From IMG/VR virus record IMGVR_UViG_2541047595_000021: 10,454 nt of DNA; one strand, 5' to 3'. The notes below the pieces were generated by a model. The model saw nothing but the letters and a program-made list of their open reading frames with translations, searched no databases and was not told where the DNA came from. Positions within the stretch are counted from its first letter, which is position 1, and each line of letters starts with the position of its first letter. The position numbers and the translations under genes were made by a program. Source of the stretch: a virus (taxonomy: Duplodnaviria; Heunggongvirae; Uroviricota; Caudoviricetes). Positions 6,322-10,454 of the stretch are shown here, one piece after another.

Positions 6322-6917
6322 TGATGCCCGCTCTGCAAAAACTCCCTTTTTCTGGCTTGCCTTTTTCCGGCATTTGCGGATATAGTTTTCCCGCTGCCGC
6401 AAAATCGGCAGCCGGGCGTGGAAACCCGAGCAATCTAACGGCGACATATGACGCGCCATGCGTCTTTTTTTGTGTCGCAATCAACGCCACAGAGCGCCAG
6501 ATTATGGTGTGGTGTGTGGTCAGTCGAGCAGATGGCACTCCGTGCATCCTGCCCGCGTCCGCTCATTATGCCGCAGAGTCAATGGTAGCTCAGGCGGGGC
6601 AGCCTCCGGGCTGGCCGGTATCCGTTAGAGCCGGTATTTCCACCCCCGTCTGGGCTATCGCCATCGAGCGTGGAAACTCCGGCGATAGCGTAACCTGCTA
6701 TCTAACGGAGGCTGCCATCATGGCTACAACCCTTACCCCTTCACACCCTGAATTTGTCTTTGTGTTTGCGGCTGTCCGTCGCGCAGACCGTCATCCCCGT
6801 ATCTGCATGCTTCGCACCGTCGCCGGTGATGAACGCAGTGCCCGCCGTTCCCTTGTCCGTGACTATGTGCTCTCCCTTGCTGCCCGTCTGCCGGTGGTGG
6901 AGGTGTCCCGTGCGTAA
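6318..6917 (+). CDS. Long ORF (199 aa from the ATG overlapping the vis stop) spanning the immunity region; possibly kil-like with a nested in-frame gene, or largely spurious
   Basis: Open frame across a GC-rich regulatory region. Its ATG overlaps the vis stop (ATGATGATG). P4 is reported, as I recall, to have nested kil/eta genes in this region. No good ribosome-binding site, and long spurious ORFs are common in this GC-rich stretch. Confidence 0.3.
   Translation: MMMPALQKLPFSGLPFSGICGYSFPAAAKSAAGRGNPSNLTATYDAPCVFFCVAINATERQIMVWCVVSRADGTPCILPASAHYAAESMVAQAGQPPGWPVSVRAGISTPVWAIAIERGNSGDSVTCYLTEAAIMATTLTPSHPEFVFVFAAVRRADRHPRICMLRTVAGDERSARRSLVRDYVLSLAARLPVVEVSRA
6357..6386 (+). promoter_or_regulatory. 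Candidate sigma70 promoter (PLE-like): -35 TTGCCT, 18-nt spacer, -10 TATAGT
   Basis: Hexamers at 6357..6362 and 6381..6386, just downstream of vis and upstream of the seqA element. Pattern match only. Confidence 0.35.
6418..6441 (+). promoter_or_regulatory. seqA-like element (GTGGAAA...TCTAACGG), RNA target complementary to seqB
   Basis: Contains GTGGAAA and TCTAACGG separated by 9 nt. The reverse complement of 6622..6643 contains the same two blocks. Confidence 0.5.
6450..6471 (+). terminator. Short hairpin plus T7 tract; possible intrinsic terminator or attenuator within the immunity region
   Basis: GACGC-gccat-GCGTC followed by TTTTTTT. The stem is only 5 bp, and the position between seqA and seqB is awkward if seqB must be transcribed from the same promoter. 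Confidence 0.3.
6622..6643 (+). ncRNA. cI: seqB-like core of a putative CI-type immunity RNA (antisense to seqA and seqC; RNA ends undetermined)
   Basis: CCGTTAGAgccggtaTTTCCAC is the reverse complement of the GTGGAAA...TCTAACGG blocks found at 6418..6441 and 6669..6708. This three-way arrangement matches the P4 CI RNA immunity system as I recall it. Confidence 0.45.
6669..6708 (+). promoter_or_regulatory. seqC-like element; its TCTAACGG block overlaps the Shine-Dalgarno of the ORF starting at 6720
   Basis: GTGGAAA (6672..6678) and TCTAACGG (6701..6708), with the GGAGG ribosome-binding site at 6707..6711. A 9-bp hairpin (6652..6660 with 6681..6689) encloses the GTGGAAA block. Confidence 0.5.
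6720..6917 (+). CDS. Small protein, 65 aa (eta-position nested ORF), function unknown
   Basis: ATG at 6720 with a strong GGAGG 8 nt upstream. In frame with, and nested in, the longer ORF. Its stop overlaps the GTG start of the next gene. Confidence 0.45.
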   Translation: MATTLTPSHPEFVFVFAAVRRADRHPRICMLRTVAGDERSARRSLVRDYVLSLAARLPVVEVSRA

Positions 6918-7197
6918 TAAAAAAGCCCCTCAGACCGTCTCAGCACGTCATGACGCCCGTGAACACCTCAGCATTGAGGCTTACCATAAGCTCAACCGCG
7001 CCAGCGCCGTATCCCAGTTTGTTGGGGGTGATTTGATTCACCGTGAACTCTCCGGCCTGCATCAGCTCTACATTCCGCATATTTTCAGCTACCTGAATGA
7101 AGATATTGATTTTGTGCTGAATGAGCTGAAAGCCAAAGGCCTGTGCCGCGATTTTCTCGCCCAGCAGAAAGACCGGGGAGACAGGACGCATGTTTGA
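6910..7197 (+). CDS. Epsilon-position protein, 95 aa; possible helper-prophage derepression factor (antirepressor)
   Basis: GTG start with GGAGG 6 nt upstream. Sits immediately upstream of orf151 in the P4 order. The track ORF from 6754 is an upstream extension in the same frame without a ribosome-binding site. Assignment is by position and size only. Confidence 0.5.
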   Translation: MRNKKAPQTVSARHDAREHLSIEAYHKLNRASAVSQFVGGDLIHRELSGLHQLYIPHIFSYLNEDIDFVLNELKAKGLCRDFLAQQKDRGDRTHV

Positions 7198-7645
7198 TTT
7201 TCCCCAGCCCGGTGAGATTTACCGTTCTGCCGGTTTTCCCGATGTGGCCGTGGTCGGCATTCTGGAAGACGGTATTCCGTGGGAAATGCCGTACCGCTGC
7301 CCGGACATTGTCTGGAACCCGTACCGCCGTAAATTCAGTATCCTTGTGCGTATCCTCGCTGACGGGCGCACCACAGACATCCCGCTGGGGCGTTTTCTGC
7401 GGGAATTTACCTGTGACCGTCCTGACCTGTTTAAACGCAGCCCCGTAAACCGGCATGCGGTACTGAAAGAAATGGCCGGAGACCCGGAATTACAGAAATG
7501 GCGGGAGAAATATCTGGATATTTACCCGCAGGACACTGTTCCGGTCAGCCGGGCGGCACCGGTGGCGCGGGAATGGCGGGAAATTCCCCGCACGGAGCCT
7601 GACCCGGAAATCACCCCGGATAACAGTTACCGCAATTATCTGTAA
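7190..7645 (+). CDS. Conserved P4-family protein orf151 (151 aa), function unknown
   Basis: Exactly 151 aa, in the P4 position between the epsilon-position gene and alpha. Start overlaps the upstream stop. Confidence 0.7.
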   Translation: MFDFPQPGEIYRSAGFPDVAVVGILEDGIPWEMPYRCPDIVWNPYRRKFSILVRILADGRTTDIPLGRFLREFTCDRPDLFKRSPVNRHAVLKEMAGDPELQKWREKYLDIYPQDTVPVSRAAPVAREWREIPRTEPDPEITPDNSYRNYL

Positions 7646-7673
7646 TTAAAAAACGACACCCGAAAAATTAAAT

Positions 7674-7699
7674 GTGCGTATTCGCGCAGGGATACGCAC
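7674..7699 (+). other. 8-bp-stem hairpin between orf151 and orf106; possible attenuator or processing site, no T-tract
   Basis: GTGCGTAT-tcgcgcaggg-ATACGCAC read directly from the sequence. Confidence 0.3.
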
Positions 7700-7780
7700 G
7701 TCTTCAGGAGACGCAGATATGCCTTATCAGTTAATGCAACCGGCACGGAATGCAGTCATCTGTCACAGGGAGGAAAACAA

Positions 7781-8101
7781 ATGAAAACACCCTTACCGCC
7801 CGTCTTACGCGCTGCCCTTTACCGTCGCGCTGTCGCCTGTGCCTGGCTGACCGTGTGCGAACGTCAGCACCGCTACCCGCATCTCACCCTTGAGTCACTG
7901 GAAGCGGCCATCGCCGCTGAGCTGGAAGGCTTTTATCTGCGCCAGCACGGTGAGGAAAAAGGGCGTCAGATAGCCTGTGCCCTGCTGGAAGATTTAATGG
8001 AATCCGGCCCCCTGAAGGCCGCGCCGTCGCTGTCCTTTCTCGGGCTGGTTGTGATGGATGAACTCTGTGCCCGTCACATAAAAGCGCCGGTACTGCACTG
8101 A
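7781..8101 (+). CDS. Conserved P4-family protein orf106 (106 aa), function unknown
   Basis: 106-aa ORF immediately upstream of alpha, as in P4. A 21-codon upstream ORF (7719..7784) ends in an ATGA overlap with its start. Confidence 0.65.
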
Positions 8102-8115
8102 AGGAGAACAACACC

Positions 8116-10454
8116 ATGAAAATGAACGTAACCGCCACCGTCAGCCATGCGCTCGGCCACTGGCCGCGTATTCTCCCGGCGCTGGGGATTCAGGTGCTGA
8201 AAAACCGTCATCAGCCCTGTCCGGTCTGTGGCGGGAGTGACCGCTTCCGTTTTGATGACAGGGAGGGGCGCGGCACCTGGTACTGCAATCAGTGTGGTGC
8301 CGGTGACGGCCTGAAACTGGTTGAAAAGGTGTTTGGTGTCTCCCCGTCCGACGCGGCCGCAAAGGTGGCTGCCGTGACCGGCAGCCTGCCCCCGGCTGAC
8401 CCGGCAGTGACGGCTGCCGCCGGTGCTGAAACAGACGCTGCCCGGAAGAACGCCGCCGCACTGGCACAAACCCTGATGGCGAAAACCCGTCCCGGAACCG
8501 GTAACGCCTACCTGACCCGCAAGGGCTTTCCCGGCCGGGAATGCCGGATGCTGACCGGCACACACAGAGCCGGTGGCGTGAGCTGGCGTGCCGGTGACCT
8601 TGTGGTGCCACTGTATGACGACAGCGGCGAACTGGTTAACCTTCAGTTAATCAGTGCTGACGGCCGTAAGCGCACCCTGAAAGGCGGACAGGTCAGGGGC
8701 ACCTGTCACACCCTTGAAGGACAGAATCAGGCCGGAAAACGTCTGTGGATAGCGGAGGGATACGCGACCGCACTTACCGTGCATCACCTGACCGGTGAAA
8801 CGGTGATGGTGGCGCTTTCTTCCGTGAACCTCCTTTCTCTGGCCAGCCTTGCCCGGCAGAAGCATCCGGCCTGTCAGATTGTCCTTGCCGCAGACCGTGA
8901 CCTCAGCGGTGACGGCCAGAAAAAAGCCGCCGCAGCCGCAGATGCGTGTGAAGGTGTTGTTGCCCTGCCGCCGGTCTTCGGTGACTGGAATGATGCCTTC
9001 ACGCAGTACGGCGGGGAGGCCACCCGTAAGGCCATTTACGATGCCATCCGGCCACCGGCTGAAAGCCCGTTCGACACCATGAGTGAAGCGGAGTTTTCCG
9101 CCATGAGTACCAGCGAAAAGGCCATGCGTATCTATGAGCATTACGGCGAGGCGCTCGCGGTCGATGCCAACGGCCAGCTTCTGTCCCGCTATGAAAATGG
9201 TGTCTGGAAGGTGCTGCCGCCACAGGACTTTGCCCGGAATGTGGCCGGGCTGTTTCAGCGGCTGCGCGCGCCGTTCTCCTCCGGGAAGGTGGCCTCCGTG
9301 GTGGACACCCTGAAGCTGATTATTCCGCAGCAGGAAGCCCCCTCCCGCTGCCTGATTGGCTTTCGTAACGGCGTGCTCGACACGCAGAACGGCACGTTCC
9401 ACCCGCACAGTCCGTCACACTGGATGCGTACCCTGTGCGATGTGGATTTCACCCCGCCGGTGGAAGGGGAAACGCTGGAAACCCACGCCCACGCGTTCTG
9501 GCGCTGGCTTGACCGTGCCGCCGGTGGCCGTGCGGAAAAACGCGACGTGATTCTGGCCGCACTGTTTATGGTGCTGGCAAACCGCTATGACTGGCAGCTC
9601 TTTCTGGAGGTGACCGGTCCCGGCGGCAGCGGCAAAAGTATCATGGCCGAAATAGCCACCCTGCTGGCCGGGGAGGATAACGCCACGTCGGCCACCATTG
9701 AGACGCTGGAATCCCCGCGTGAACGTGCCGCGTTAACTGGCTTCTCACTGATACGCCTGCCGGACCAGGAAAAATGGAGCGGCGACGGAGCCGGACTCAA
9801 GGCCATCACCGGCGGCGATGCAGTGTCCGTTGACCCGAAATACCGGGATGCGTACTCCACGCATATCCCGGCGGTGATTCTGGCCGTGAACAATAAAATA
9901 ACCCGATGCGCTTCACCGACCGCAGCGGCGGCGTGTCACGCCGGCGGGTGATTATTCACTTCCCGGAACAGATAGCCCCGCAGGAGCGCGACCCGCAGCT
10001 TAAGGACAAAATCACCCGCGAGCTGGCGGTCATCGTGCGTCACCTGATGCAGAAGTTCAGCGACCCGATGCTCGCCCGGTCACTGCTTCAGTCCCAGCAG
10101 AACTCAGACGAGGCACTGAACATCAAACGGGATGCCGACCCGACGTTTGATTTTATCGGCTATCTGGAAACCCTGCCGCAGACCAGCGGCATGTATATGG
10201 GGAACGCCAGTATCATCCCGCGTAATTACCGTAAATACCTCTATCACGCCTATCTGGCCTACATGGAGGCAAACGGCTACCGGAATGTACTCAGTCTGAA
10301 AATGTTCGGGCTGGGGCTGCCGGTGATGCTGAAGGAATACGGACTGAATTACGAGAAGCGCCATACCAAACAGGGGATACAGACCAACCTGACACTGAAA
10401 GAGGAAAGCTACGGCGACTGGCTGCCAAAATGTGACGCCCGTGCAACAACCTGA
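8116..10454 (+). pseudogene. alpha: Alpha primase-helicase (zinc-ribbon primase, TOPRIM, SF3/D5-type helicase, C-terminal DNA-binding domain), interrupted by a +5 frameshift near 9892..9901
   Basis: AAGGAG ribosome-binding site 9 nt before the ATG. Zinc-ribbon CPVCGG...CNQC, TOPRIM acidic motifs (IAEGY, LAADRD), Walker A VTGPGGSGKS. Reading frame 1 stops at 9951 and frame 0 continues from 9906 to the stop at 10452..10454. Combined length is about 777 aa, as for P4 alpha. The breakpoint coincides with a tandem AATAA-AATAA. Confidence 0.75.

Larger units (their letters stand above)
403..10454 (+). mobile_element. P4-like phage satellite prophage integrated at ssrA (left end and core; right end and attR lie outside the window)
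   Basis: Gene order int - cargo - cos - psu - delta - sid - vis - immunity region - epsilon-position gene - orf151 - orf106 - alpha, with ORF sizes matching P4 (Psu 190 aa, Delta 166, Sid 244, Vis 88, orf151, orf106, alpha about 777), directly abutting the ssrA 3' end. Confidence 0.85.

Noticed and set aside
6172-6547. Minus-strand ORFs of 102 and 93 aa antisense to vis and the immunity region
   Set aside because: No ribosome-binding sites. They overlap vis and the seqA region. GC-rich frame artefacts.
6754-6909. N-terminal extension of the 147-aa track ORF upstream of the GTG at 6910
   Set aside because: It overlaps the 6720..6917 ORF in another frame and lacks a ribosome-binding site. The GTG at 6910 has a good GGAGG and gives the size expected for the epsilon-position gene.
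6940-7456. Minus-strand ORFs of 83 and 123 aa and a plus-strand 101-aa ORF overlapping the epsilon-position gene and orf151
   Set aside because: Alternative or antisense frames within supported genes, with no initiation signals.
7884-9893. Numerous minus-strand and alternative-frame ORFs (84 to 253 aa) inside orf106 and alpha
   Set aside because: All lie within the GC-rich alpha or orf106 coding sequence, in antisense or off frames, with Arg/Gly/Pro-rich products and no start signals.
9892-9951. Programmed ribosomal frameshift as the explanation for the two alpha frames
   Set aside because: There is no obvious slippery heptamer with a downstream structure, and the join is fully explained by a simple 5-bp tandem duplication. 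Mutation or sequencing error is more parsimonious, though I cannot exclude it without comparative data.

Overview
This window is the left part of a P4-like phage satellite (phage-plasmid) integrated at the 3' end of the tmRNA gene ssrA in an enterobacterial genome. Order: ssrA (40..402); a P4-family tyrosine integrase (587..1792); one AT-rich 545-aa gene of unknown function (1789..3426); the 19-nt P2/P4 cos site (3442..3460); psu, delta and sid on the minus strand (3625..5502); a regulatory block with Delta/Ogr-type late-promoter boxes, TGTTCACC iterons (crr-like) and a CI-RNA-type immunity region; then vis, an epsilon-position gene, orf151, orf106 and the alpha primase-helicase (8116..10454), which is split by a frameshift. 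The main lead is the 545-aa gene: it fills the integrase-to-cos slot that P4-like satellites use as a variable cargo hotspot for anti-phage defence genes, it differs sharply in composition from the satellite backbone, and I cannot assign it to any family I recognise. All homology statements are from memory of P4 and related families, not from a search.
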